Source: Octopus sinensis
Taxonomy: Eukaryota
Length of the DNA stretch: 64,000 nucleotides
Reading direction: 5' to 3'
Assembly: GCF_006345805.1 (NCBI RefSeq)
Contig: NC_043012.1
Span: 10,974,001-11,038,000 of the forward strand
Shown one piece after another: positions 36,601 to 49,037 of this stretch. Below the pieces are notes generated by a model, which was not told where the DNA came from, searched no databases, and worked only from the letters and a program-made list of their open reading frames with translations. Each line of letters begins with the position of its first letter. Position 1 is the first letter of the stretch. Position numbers and translations under genes: made by a program.

Positions 36601-36949
36601 GTGTAATTACAAACATTGTTTCTGTCTTTTCGTTTCAAAAACCACGACAAAGGTCCAATCCATGAAGCCAAGTAGTTTATCTGAGAACGGAATGAGTTTT
36701 GAAGGTGGAGAAACCTGAAGATTTCTTCACAGAAAGTGTATCCGAAGAATTTGCCAAAAGCAGACGTAAAAACCAATAGCAACAATTTAAAGTATCAATG
36801 ACTGTCTTGAACTGATGTCATCAAATGATTCTAGAAAATTTACAGAACGGATCCATTCAGTCCTGGATAAATCATAGGATGTTTATAGACATCAAAATAT
36901 TTTTCAATGAGAAAAGCCTCAATTTTAGAAAAGGCTATGGGATTGAAGT

Positions 36950-37520
36950 TACCCCCAAAAATTGATGAAGCTTATAAAATTCTAAAACTATTCCCCACCC
37001 CACTCACTAAATTCTTCAAAAGAGACCCTCGTCCAAGGTTGGTGAACAATATGATTTACAACTGACCATGTATCCACCCCAATATAGCCAATGCGAACCC
37101 CCGTACAGATGATGTGACTGCAAGGGTGCGCTAAACCTCACGTCTCAGGAACGCGAACCAGCCTGGTGTGAACACATGCCAATTGGGTATGACGGAATCC
37201 ACCAGGCCACCCCTTAGCAATAGGGGAAGGCAGACACACTCTGTAATCCCTAAAGACAGGGAGCACAGTTTGGTACATGAGAACACAAGTAGGATCACCC
37301 AGAAATAATAATACATCTCAGGTCAGCCTCAAACATAGAGAAGGCACCCTCAGTGAATGGACGCGATAATGGATGAGCCAAAGCTCCCAAGAAATCCTAG
37401 CCATATCGCCCCAGATCCAGCAAGGTCTCCCACCATAAATGGTACCACTATGGGAGAATGGGACGCTTTTAATTTGTCCAAAGTGGAAGGACCAAATCAG
37501 TATGGTTGCACAGACTAACA
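36950..37520 (-). mobile_element. Possible very degraded L1/Tx1 RT fragment
   Basis: Scattered motifs LDKLKA and SIH*GC-LLYV resemble LDQSKAF and SVRQGCPLSPLLYV. Confidence 0.35.
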
Positions 37521-38768
37521 TATCTCACACACATAATATACATACTCAAACATTCTTGTGCTCAATTAAAATGATTAAATTCCGAGAAAAATAAAAATTT
37601 TTTCTAAAGCATATATTCCTGCAGCACGGAATTTTGTCAGTGAACAGGTCGCAGTCTCAAAGGGACAAAAATATTTTGGCAAATTAAATTTAAATGTTGA
37701 AATGAATCTAACAGTTTTTGTGTGTTTCTTAAATGGCTTATAAACACCTTCCACGCTGCAATTGTTTTCGATCCAGCACACGATCTCAGATCAGGTCACT
37801 TGCTATGCAAGTACATCTCCGTAATATATTTTTTTTATCCACATTTGTATCATCATTTGTATCATCTGTTTTCCATGCTGGCATGGGTTGGACAACTTAA
37901 CAGGAGCCACACCAGGTTCCATAGTCCATTTTGGCCGTTTCTACAGCTGGATGCTCTTCCTAGTGCTAACCACTTTACAGAGTGTACTGAGTGCTTTTTA
38001 CCTGGCACCTTGGTTTTAGAATTTCAATTCTTCTGTGGTATGTGGGTCTTCTTTAGTACAGCAATGCACCACATAGCTGTCCTGTCATCTACTTCGTAAA
38101 GCTTAGCATTTTGATATCAACCTTCAATATATATAAATATATGCATACAAACATCAATACATATATGCACACACATACACACCCTATATATGTAACCCAG
38201 TAATGGGACCAAAAGCTTATTAACCAGACTATTTTCTTAAAGGTTGGCAAACATTAACTGCATAAAACCTTTTAAGTAAAAAGAAATCTAGTTTACCAAC
38301 AAAACAATTTTAACAGATTACACGCTTCCAGCAGTGAAGTAATTAAGCACATTACATTCTCACATGGAAACAGAAATTATATAACACATTCAACGATTAA
38401 CAGAAGATAGTTAAAATGCATTGGAGGAAGTAAATATTATTGTTTCTCAGATATATTACCAATATTTTGGCTAATCTTTCAAAGGGTTTCGCTCCAATTT
38501 CAACATCCTCTTGGAACACATTAAGACTCAGAGCTCAAGAAGTTTTTGTCTATTTTCCTTTTCTTTATGTGAAGGAGCAGCTGAACTAATTAATAATCTA
38601 CAGGGCTCAGTTATGTGGATGTCCAGTGAGGACAATCCTTGGGGGTTGGATTAAAGTAATTAAAGTCAAATAAAGTGTCCAGGTATAGGGGGTAGGTTAA
38701 TACTACAGTATTTATATACTTTTACAGGTAAGATTTACTTAATTACAGGTGAAGTGAGAGAAGAGTAC

Positions 38769-38841
<73 letters not shown>

Positions 38842-39339
38842 AAGTCTACATATAATTTTCCCAATCTCCCCCAAGTGAGTGAACTGCAGTAAAAATTCAA
38901 AAAAAAAAAAAAATAATAAAGAAAACTTGGCTGGGATCAATCTTACCCCTCCACCCTCTCCTCACAGCACAAATAGTTAAATGGATGTAAAGGCTAAAGG
39001 ACAGCGAGTGTGTGTGTTTAAATAACTGGTTACTTTTACATAGGTGCAAAGCTTCGCATTCATTCACATCGAAGGGGGAGGAGCAGGACGAGGGAAAAAA
39101 AAAATTAGAACACGCAACTTCCCAAGGGCATTAAGCTACAGGTGAAAAAAATCGGTGGTGAGTGCAGATTCAAGGTATATTGTTGTGGTAAGGTAAATAA
39201 TATATAATAATAATAATAATAATAAAGGAAATATAGCCAAACTAATTCCAGTCGGGCAGAAAGAAGAACAAATTGGTAACGGGTGAGGAACTATATTGGA
39301 AAATAGCTGAGATTCACAGACACACACACCTCATTATAT

Positions 39340-39401
<62 letters not shown>

Positions 39402-39415
39402 CGGTTCTAGTACCG

Positions 39416-39464
<49 letters not shown>

Positions 39465-39556
39465 ATATACCAGCATTATCATTTAATGTCCGTTTTCCAT
39501 GCTGGCATGGGTTGGACGGTTTGACAGAAGCTGGCAAGCCAGAAGACTGCACCAGG

Positions 39557-39596
<40 letters not shown>

Positions 39597-41403
39597 CCAA
39601 ATAAAGTAGCGTGTTGAACCAAAATACGAGATGAAAACAAAGATACAGTTAGAAAATACACACACACACACACACACACAGAGAAGCAGGTAAGCAATCA
39701 GATACACACGCACACACCAAATATAGGAAAAGAAAACAGGTAGATTCAAGAATAAAACAACAACCAAAAAGATGGTATGCATATATATATATATATAAAT
39801 AAAACAGGCACGAGCACACTTCATACACATAACACAAACATGTTGCCAGGTACAAACAGCAGAAAGCGCACTCAATCCATGTAATAGAGTACATTTGTCC
39901 TACTGCTGATGATTCATATTGTTTAGTCGCATGTGTGTGCGTAAAAATATATGAATACACACACACACACATATATACAGCTACCCGTCATATGTACCCA
40001 GCCAAGTGTCCCAGTAAACTTCATTAAGCGATCACACCCAAATGTCTATGGAGAGAGAAAGAACTTCAATATGTGAAGAAACTTTCAACTTTTTCTTCGT
40101 GTGGGCCCCAACACTGGAGGCGGAGGTGGATACTCTTAAATCTACCCCAGTACTAGGCCGATACTTTAACGACCAACACCCGAGGGTAACATGCAAAGTC
40201 GACCCAGAAACATTAACTAAATACCGTAAAAGGCATTTTTGGATCAACGCTGCCGGTTCTGCCAATCAACGACCTTCGGAAGAAATATTATTTATTGTTG
40301 CTAACAACAATAATCTTTGATTACACACAGAGACAGTTGTTGTTGAAGACTAATTATTATTAGTGAGGTAATTAAGATTGAGTATTTTGCGATAAAGAAA
40401 TGTAGGGGGGGGGGAATCAAACAACGTGATGTTGCGACAATCTTGCCTTTCCCAATAGCAATAATGTCCCGGGGGGGGGGGGAATAAACGGGTAATGATG
40501 CCTGGCGTAGATTAACAGAGCAGACCCGATATGTAATTGAAACGACCCACGGTGTTGAGGATAGAATCAGACAAATTGGAACCCAGGACTTTCGGTTGGT
40601 AAGGAATCAGAGGCAACTTAGTGGCTGACGAGGCTCACCCCCATCAATCACAATTTCTAGCAAATTCTTAATTTTTCTGCGTACAAACACAATACTTCAG
40701 TTTATTATTTTATAAAAGACGTTAAGAGGTGTGAAAAGTAACAATGGCCATCCAGAATGTTGAGAGACGGTTATTAAATGCAGCAAGAATCAAGAATTTT
40801 AGTCGGACACACCACAGAAAAATATTTGTTTTAGATTGGACTAAAGCTGGCAATTCAGAAAGGAAAGAATTAAATCATCAAATTGTCTCCCAACGTAATA
40901 ATAATTTGAGATAGGAGAGTCATGACTGGAATGTCTCCATGGGTCTATAGGATCCTAGTAGACTCGGAGCTAAATGGCAAGAGAATTTATTAACAACAGG
41001 ACGAGATAAAGACGACGACAGGATTTGAACTCAAGGTAAAGGGCTTCATAACTAGATACGGTAAAATGTACCATAATAATGATTGTTTCTAATATCAGCC
41101 TTAATTAAGTCCACGAGGCCAACCACCCGACATAACTTAACCTGCCACCCCAGAGTAGGATAGAGGGGACGTAACTACAGATGGCAAAGTTTTATCCGGC
41201 ACAACAGATGCTGCTAAAAAAAACAAAAAAAAAACAAGCAAAATTAATAAAACACGACAAAGAAATAATAAAAAAAACCAGCAGTTTTCTTCGAAAATCT
41301 TTTTTTTTTTTTTCAAATCTTTAACCAAGAAAATATTCTTCTAGCCATGAAAGACTTCATTTTTCAAGGCTTTTCGTTGGTTTATATATATACATATATA
41401 TAT

Positions 41404-41448
<45 letters not shown>

Positions 41449-41624
41449 TATATAAACTATTTGGCGAAGTTATCTGATGACAATAATAAAAAATAAATAT
41501 ATATTGATATAAAAAAATGGAACCAGCTACATACAGTTTACATATTCTTGGCGCCAGAGTTCTTCAGTCTCATGTGTAGAAGTTCACGTGTATGTACATG
41601 TGTGTGAGTGTAAGCATGTTATTG

Positions 41625-41630
41625 TTTATT
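41625..41630 (-). terminator. Candidate LARP6 polyadenylation signal AATAAA
   Basis: tttatt on + (AATAAA on -) about 570 nt after the stop codon in a U-rich 3' region. Another lies at 40701-40706, so the true site is not determined. Confidence 0.35.
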
Positions 41631-41775
41631 AAAAGAAACAGAAATATGAGGTATTTTTTTCATCTCTTCTACTTGGGTCCAGTCAACTCAAAAATATCCA
41701 AGTAAAGTGGACCCTCAGACACACATATTAAAGACTGGCAAACACACACATACACACACACACAAGGATCTTATA

Positions 41776-41830
<55 letters not shown>

Positions 41831-42197
41831 TTGTCGAAAAGATGAGGAGGATTTTTTCTTTTTTTTTTTTTTCTTTTGGGGTATTTGGTGATTTGGCTCT
41901 GTTTACATTATGGTAAATTTTCAAACCTTGGAATTCATCGGAAGAAAAGAGGATCAAAATTGAAAACATAATTCACAGGGGAAAAAAAAAAAACTTTTAG
42001 AATCTTTTTTTTTTTTATCCGTTTGTTAAATTCGTTTCCAAATCCAAGGAGAAACTAGGAGAGTTTGTGGAGACAAAAAAAAAAAAAAAGACATCATCAT
42101 CATCGTCATCATAAATGTCTTCGTCATATTGAAGGACTCAAACAGATCGTGAAAATTTTGAGTGTGTATGTATGTGTGTGTATAGTGTAGGGTGTCT

Positions 42198-44234
42198 TTA
42201 CGCAACAATTTCCGGGAGGGCGATGTTGCTAGGTACTTTTCCCCTCCCCATACCGCCATAGAATCCACTCGTGCCGTCTGGACCTTTTGGGGATCTCACA
42301 GCCATTTCTAGATCATGTAGACGGCCACGTCTCAGCATTAGGGGGCTACCTTTAGGGCTGCGTCCTGCCGACTGTCCGTTTTTATCATCGCTCAAACCAG
42401 TGCTGTTCTGTTGAGCCTGAGCAGCTTTCAAACGCCGTTGGACCCAAGGACTTGCTGGGGCATCGCTGTTGTCGTATTTCTTGCGTAGAGATTCAGGGCT
42501 TATCTGTGGACTAATCCTTGGGCTGTTGTCAGTCTCAGCCAACGGGGATTTTTTCGACATCCATTTTCGGCGCTGGGTTCTCGGGCTGCTTTTCGGAGTT
42601 GACCTTGGGCTTGGTTTAGGAGTCGTTACAGGGCTCAGTTTGCTAGGGTCCAGTGAAGGCATATGTAAAAGTGTCTGAGGAGTGTCCGCTTCAGATCCGC
42701 TACTATAGCATGATGACTCAGGTTCGCGACAGAGTTCATCAATTCGCTTCTTCTTTCGACACCCCTTCTTTTTCTTCTTATCTTCCAAACTAACAATCTC
42801 TTTGTCTGTGGCAGTGTTCGAATTCGCAGAACCGCTCTTAGCATTGTTATTATTCGATGAAACAGCTTTCTTTTTATCTTTTTCTTTCTTCTTGGCAGAC
42901 AGCTGCACAACACGCATCCCACTGCGCCAGTCGTCGGCATTGTGCATGGCACAGGCTTGTTTAGCGCCTTCGAACGTCTCAAATTCGATCACAGCACAAA
43001 GTGTAGTACCGATTTCTGGATGCTTGGACGAGAATTTCTTAATGTCCGGTGGTATAGAACCTTTGGGTCGCAGGATGCGTATAAGAGAGATGACTCCACA
43101 TTTGGAAAATAGTTCGGCCACATTTTCAATAGCTGGATTCTTGATTGGAAGGTTGACTACAACGACAGTCCGTGAAGGGGTAGTCTCATCATACTCAGGT
43201 AAGGAATCGATACGTCGGACTTTAGTACCCTCCTCGTTCACTTCAAGAACTTTGGACTTCTGTAAACTGTAGGCCACTACACGGTAATCCTTGGACAGCG
43301 TTTTCACTTTGCGGAAGGAGGTTAACAGCTTCAAGCTTACGAAACCCTGCTTGTTACGACGAACATGCTTCAATAAGAAAGCATCTTTCAGGATGTTGGC
43401 ATCGGAGAAATAAAATTCCACCTGGTTAACGATTTTCTCCTGAAGCTCTTCACTTGGTTCGACAAATTCGGGAAGCTTCTCCCGCTCTTCGGGGTCATCG
43501 GAGAATTCCGGAAAACTATAGCCCTCCTCTTCACTGGTGTAGGAAGACGGCGAAGATCCATAATCTTCCTCCCGTAACTGTTCCACTCGGAGTACGGGCG
43601 CAGGTGGCAACACCGGTAAAGGAGGCTGGGCTGGAGTTATTTCCACTTCAACTGGTCTAAACGATTCTACCTCTCTTTCTCCTCCAACTTCTTTATCTTG
43701 TTCGCGTTGTTGTTGCTGCTGCTGTTCCTTGAGAGGAGAAGCAGTAGGACCAGCAGTAAGTGGTGTCGAAGCCGGATCTTCGACGGGAAGATTTGAAGAC
43801 AGCTGGTGGTTGTCGTGGTAATTGTTCTGGTCATTATCATCATCATCATCAACGCGGTGAGCAACTCCATTTGCAGTGGCAGGGACACTGGTGACGGAGG
43901 CGATACTGACAGAATTGGTGTCGTCGTCGTCGTCGTCGTTTTTGTTCTTCTCATTCCCATTCACGTTCTCCTCGCCAGCAGTCTGAGTGTCGTCGTGCTG
44001 TTGTTGTTGTTCCTGGTGGTGGTTCCTATCGTTGGCATTGGCGGTGGTGGGCGACATTACTTCCTCCTGGTCAACAGCATCAGTAAACTGTCCCTCTTCG
44101 ATAACGGGTGTAATCATGTCCGTGGTCGATCTCTTTCCGATGCTATTATTATTGTTCTTAGCAGACATTTCGTTCACTTCGAAGGCGGTGGTATCCAAGT
44201 TCAATTCGGCCATGCGGTTATTGTAGTCACCCAT
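42198..44234 (-). CDS. LARP6: La-related protein 6 (Acheron) homologue, 678 aa, single uninterrupted ORF
   Basis: La motif about aa 255-346 (KIVNQVEFYFSDANILKDAFLLKHVRRNKQGFVSLKLLTSFRKVK...EVNEEGTKVRR); LARP6-type RRM about aa 353-446 (SRTVVVVNLP...LFSKCGVISLIRILRP...CAVIEFET); basic NLS-like stretch KKKKKGCRKKKR; C-terminal LSA/SUZ-C motif (VRSPKGPDGTSGF). ATG at 44234, TAA at 42200-42198. Confidence 0.96.
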   Translation of the reverse strand: MGDYNNRMAELNLDTTAFEVNEMSAKNNNNSIGKRSTTDMITPVIEEGQFTDAVDQEEVMSPTTANANDRNHHQEQQQQHDDTQTAGEENVNGNEKNKNDDDDDDTNSVSIASVTSVPATANGVAHRVDDDDDNDQNNYHDNHQLSSNLPVEDPASTPLTAGPTASPLKEQQQQQQREQDKEVGGEREVESFRPVEVEITPAQPPLPVLPPAPVLRVEQLREEDYGSSPSSYTSEEEGYSFPEFSDDPEEREKLPEFVEPSEELQEKIVNQVEFYFSDANILKDAFLLKHVRRNKQGFVSLKLLTSFRKVKTLSKDYRVVAYSLQKSKVLEVNEEGTKVRRIDSLPEYDETTPSRTVVVVNLPIKNPAIENVAELFSKCGVISLIRILRPKGSIPPDIKKFSSKHPEIGTTLCAVIEFETFEGAKQACAMHNADDWRSGMRVVQLSAKKKEKDKKKAVSSNNNNAKSGSANSNTATDKEIVSLEDKKKKKGCRKKKRIDELCREPESSCYSSGSEADTPQTLLHMPSLDPSKLSPVTTPKPSPRSTPKSSPRTQRRKWMSKKSPLAETDNSPRISPQISPESLRKKYDNSDAPASPWVQRRLKAAQAQQNSTGLSDDKNGQSAGRSPKGSPLMLRRGRLHDLEMAVRSPKGPDGTSGFYGGMGRGKVPSNIALPEIVA

Positions 44235-44599
44235 GATTTATTTCGTCGTTTTACTTCTCTTTTCACTTATTTTTTTAAAAAATCTCTCTCAGGAGGAGCT
44301 CCGAGGAGTCGACGAATTTCGGGACAGGGAAAGAAGAAGAGATAAAGAGGGCGAGAGAATCACAGCAGTAGTAGTAGTAATGGTGGCAGTAATGCTAGGA
44401 GTAGTAGTAGTAGCAGCAGTAATTGCAATGATGATATATGGAAATAGATGCAGAATTTATAATTATTATTATTATTATTATTATTTTTTTTCTTTTTTTG
44501 GTAAAGAGGAAGCTTAATAGTTAATTGTTTTATGTAGTAATGACGATAATGGTAATTATAACGGTGTTGTGGTGGAATAAAGTGACCACAGAGGCCAGT

Positions 44600-44710
44600 C
44601 TACAGATAATATAGAGACGGAGATGGAATTAATAGACATACTGTCACAAGGAGCCTTTTTTTTTTTTTTTTGTAGTTTTGGTTAAGAAAACAAACACAGC
44701 AAAATCTTAC
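44600..44710 (-). other. Candidate 111-bp intron in the LARP6 5' UTR
   Basis: Minus-strand donor TTG|GTAAGA at 44711/44710; acceptor ccatctccgtctctatattatctgTAG| ending at 44600. I found no ATG between this acceptor and the LARP6 start codon. Confidence 0.45.
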
Positions 44711-45224
44711 CAAAAGACTTGACGACGAGACACCAGCTCGGAGATGGTTTTTATATCACACATAGACATACATGTATGTCTGTACATATATATATATATA
44801 TAGATAGGTAGATATATATATATATTTATATATCCAGGACGCAGAACAGACCCAGGACAGCCGTCTTCAGCAGCTCACAGTCGTACGAGCTAGCAATCAG
44901 TCCGGTGTTGAAGATTTACTGTCCGATTCTTCCAAAGTCGCAAAAAAGGTGAGACACAAATGTGTGTTTGAAGGGGAGCACCGCGGCTGGATTCCCAAGA
45001 AGAAGATGTTTTATTGTTGTTTTAGACTCCACTTCTCTTGCTGCTGCCCTGCGCAGTTCTTTCTTCTTCTTTTTTCTTTTTCCCCACTTCTTCTTCCGAC
45101 CCTTATTGTTGTTGTTAAGAGATCTGCGACCCAGAGAAAGATAGCGACTAGGGCCAGTAAACAATTCCGGTTTCGCTCCTCGTACGGCTGCTGTCCCGCT
45201 GACTGTCTGGCGTTGCCGACTACG

Positions 45225-45360
45225 TCACAGCCTTTTACGTTTCTCGCACACCGCGGTGACGTCACAGAGCACGTGGTGCTGCCTCGTGTCTCGTGGTTTA
45301 CGACTTGTTGGAATATCCTGTGACGTAGGCGGAAACTGAGTACACACACCCTTGCGCCTG
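45225..45360 (-). promoter_or_regulatory. Probable LARP6 proximal promoter (CpG-rich, CRE and E-box)
   Basis: Palindromic CRE TGACGTCA at about 45256-45263, E-box CACGTG at about 45269-45274, further TGACGT/ACGTCA half-sites, high local CpG content, TE-free, about 1 kb upstream of the ATG. Confidence 0.6.
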
Positions 45361-45525
45361 ACTGATGCAATCCTTGTTACTTATACACAAAGATAGCATT
45401 CGGCTGCTGACAATAATTTATATACACACGCGCATGTGTATATATATGATTCCTTATGTGCACAGATGCACGAATATATTTGTATATCATATATACAAAA
45501 TACGGAGGCGTTTCTTACAAGATGC

Positions 45526-46064
45526 TGACATTAATATCCTATATTTCATTATACATATACCACCCGCAACACACCCATGTATATATATATATTTATTTAC
45601 CTCCACTTACATATACGCATGAGTATATATACATGAAGGCATGTGGTTTTGTTTCTGTATAAATAAATAAATAAATATATATATAAGATGAATTGGGGTA
45701 AATGTTTTTAAATTTTCACCTAATTTCTGAATTACTACTACTTGGCGGTGTGAGTTATGGCTGCTCTTTCTGGTGGACGAATGACCTGTTAGGGTCACTC
45801 CTAAATTGTTATATATATATATTTAGTCGTTGACTATTTTCTCTTTTCCACCAGGCCGCTGGTAGCGATAAATTTCTATTGAATTTTTTTGCTACCCTAA
45901 ATTGACTATATATATATATATATATATTTATGCAGAAACAAAACCACATGCCTTCATGTATATATACTCATGCGTATATATAAGTGGAGGTAAATAAATA
46001 TATATATATACATGGGTGTGTTGCGGGTGGTATATGTATAATGAAATATAGGATATTAATGTCA
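45526..46064. repeat. 140-bp inverted duplication (arms 45526-45665 and 45925-46064)
   Basis: Arms are reverse complements with 2 mismatches by eye; 259-bp spacer. Confidence 0.92.
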
Positions 46065-46080
46065 TGCGTATATATAAGTG

Positions 46081-46418
46081 CGTGAAGGCGCGTGGCTCAG
46101 TGGTTAGAGCGTCGAGCTTACGATCGTGAGGTTGTGAGCTCGAATCCCGGACCGGGCTGCGTGTTGTGTTCTTGAGCAAGACACTTTATATTCACGTTGC
46201 TCCAGTTCACTCAGCTGTAGAAAGAGTTGCGACGTCACAGGTGCCAAGCTGTATCGGACCTTGCCTTTCCCTGGACAACATCGGTGACGTGGAGAGGGGA
46301 GGCGGTATGCATGGGCGACTGCGGTCTTCCATAAAAAACAACCTTGCCCAGACTTGTGCTTAGAGGGTAACTCTCTAGGTGCAAACCCATGGTCAGTGCC
46401 TGACCGAAGGAGGTCACC
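46081..46418 (+). mobile_element. tRNA-derived SINE (family B here); other copies 4048-4280 (+), 22736-23060 (-), 29935-30200 (+), 59055-59155 (+)
   Basis: Head gcgtggctcagtggttagagcg...gagctcgaatccc followed by gtgttcttgagcaagacacttt. Confidence 0.8.
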
Positions 46419-46580
46419 ATATATAGTGGAAGTAAATAATACTATTTTTTTTTCCTCGGATCAAAAACTGGAGGTTAACCAAGACTACGTACATTATCAG
46501 TTTTTGGCGTAACAATAACCTTAACTCTAACCACCGGGTGAACGTACTCTTTACTTTCGCCTATATATATATATATTTAT

Positions 46581-46611
<31 letters not shown>

Positions 46612-47115
46612 CATATATAAATACACACATACATATATATATATCTATACACACACACATACATATATCTACACACACACATATATATACATATATTTAT
46701 ATACATACATATATATGTACATATATATATCATATATATATACATACGTATATACATATATATATACATATATGTGTACATATATATACATATATAGACT
46801 ATATATTATATACATACATATATATATACATTATAATAGACATATATTATACACTATATGCATATATATACACATACATTATATATATATATACACATAT
46901 ATTGCATATATATATATATATATGCATATATATATGCATATAATATATATATATATAAATATATTATATACATACATATATATATAATATAAACATAAAT
47001 GCATATATATATACACATACATATATATATATATATATATGCATATATATATGCATATATATAATATTATATATACATACATATATATAATATAAACATA
47101 AATGCATATATATAT

Positions 47116-47148
<33 letters not shown>

Positions 47149-47149
47149 C

Positions 47150-47412
47150 ATTTCGTTGGCATCCGTCCGTCTCGAGAGACGATGGTGTAGCTCGGAAACT
47201 GTGGTGGGTTTATCTGCCCTTACTGGTGTGGCTGTGCAGACCAATCATTGAGTGGCAGTCTCTACCACATCTGGTGCAAGTGAAAGTGGATGAGAGCTGT
47301 GTTGCTGCTACTGCTGCTCCCTTCGCCTGGTTCTCTTTAGTTTGGCAGTAGTGGTCCTCAGGTTCTCTGCTGTCGCGGCACAGTGCTTGACACTGTGTTT
47401 GCCAGGCGCCAT
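47150..47412 (-). mobile_element. BovB/RTE-like LINE 3' end with C2H2 zinc finger
   Basis: [19 protein letters not shown] followed by a short UTR containing ccatcgtctctcgagacgg. Confidence 0.8.
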
Positions 47413-47811
47413 ACATACATATATATATATATATATATAATTATATATATTATATATACATATATGTTAAGTATATATCAGGGTTGAATTATTCTGGGTG
47501 TGCTAGGTGTATGCTTTCCCCCATCAAAAAATGGTAAATTCATTATAGATATTAACCTTACTTATTAATTTAATGACAAGTCTTAATGGAAATCTTTTCT
47601 TATACACCTGCTTGAAATTCGAGGACACTGGGTGTGACAGCACACCCAATATGACAACCACTATACACATATATATATACACATGTATAAGTAAGTATAT
47701 TTGAATATCAAGAACCCTTGGGTGATGAAATAAGTTATCAAGTTTGAATATTCTTATAACCAAGTCAGCAGTGGTGGGGTGTATATATATATGTGTATAT
47801 ATAATTCTATA

Positions 47812-48195
47812 GGCGCAGGAGTGGCTGTGTGGTAAGTAGCTTGCTAACCAACCACATGGTTGCAGGTTCAGTCCCACTGCGTGGCATCTTGGGCATGTGT
47901 CTTCTGCTATAGCCCCGGGCCGACCAATGCCTTCAAAGTGGATTTGGTAGCAGACAAAACTGAAAGAAGCCTGTCGTATATATATATATATTGTTTTTCG
48001 TTGTCTATGTTTGTCCCCCTAACATGCTTGACAACTAATGCTGGTGTGTTTACGTCCCCGTCACTTAGCGGTTCGGCAAAGAGACGATAAGAATAAGTAC
48101 TGGGCTTACAAGAATAAGTCCTGGGGTCAATTTGTTCAACTAAAGCGGTGCTCCAGCATGGCCGCAGTCAAATGGCTGAAACAAGTAAAAGAGTA
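47812..48195 (+). mobile_element. SINE-A
   Basis: As 4880. Confidence 0.85.
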
Positions 48196-48207
48196 TATAT
48201 ATATATA

Positions 48208-48401
48208 CGAGTGGTGCTGAAAAGTTTCTGGCTTTATGGGTCTTGTAAAAAGCTGGTTGGAGGCCCAGCCTTCTAAGTTCTTTTACAAGGCTAGAAAAAC
48301 TGAAGGGCTGCTGTAATAAGTATGTGAATCTGAGAATAAGAATGTTGAATAAGATCATAATTAACTGATATTCAAAGCCAGGAACTTTTTAGCAACTCCT
48401 T
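48208..48401. mobile_element. Mariner-derived MITE
   Basis: TA|cgagtggtgctgaaaagtttctggcttt ... aaagccaggaactttttagcaactcct|TA (imperfect TIRs). Confidence 0.7.
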
Positions 48402-49037
48402 ATATATTACAAAAATGAGTTAAATTAATCAGTGCTCAGTGACATGTATGTGAATAACAGCCAAATGCAGGTTAATAATTAATTGGGTGACATTCTCCAG
48501 TGCAGACAGTTTTATGGTCTATGATTGACAAAAGAACAAGAGTTTCTTAATCACATTCATTAGCTTACTGCTGTTTCAGCTAGAAGGAACTGTGCACCCT
48601 CAGTTGAGTGCCAATGCAACATCTTTAAACTTCTTCAGAGCCATACACAAACACATGCATGTGCACACACACATTTATATGTATGCATGTGTGTACTTAT
48701 ATATTTATTTATATGTGTAATTTTTGTTTGTTTGTTTTTTAACAGAAGCTGCGAGTTTAGTTTCATGCCATTGTGACCATCAGACAAAACACACTATCAC
48801 TTTAAGAACAGCACTGCAACATGGCAACAGTTCAATGACTCAAGTAAAAGAATAAAGAAATGCATTTATTAAAGTAAGCAGCTTGTTTGACCTTTCAACC
48901 TTGGTCAGTAATCTCCCACAGGGGCACTTTCTTGTTCCTCTCTTTACATTGCCACTGAAAGTAAGACAAGGGCTTCCAGTAAGTTTTCTCCTATGAATAC
49001 TCTTTTACTTGTTTCAGTCATGAGTAATCGTCCAACA

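Noticed and set aside
41130-41165. Faint resemblance to the U1 snRNA 5' end (ataacttaacctg)
   Set aside because: Similarity ends after about 10 nt; no stem-loops or Sm site.
42469-44517. Plus-strand and alternative-frame ORFs overlapping LARP6 (up to 179 aa)
   Set aside because: Shadow ORFs of the LARP6 coding sequence and its triplet repeats.
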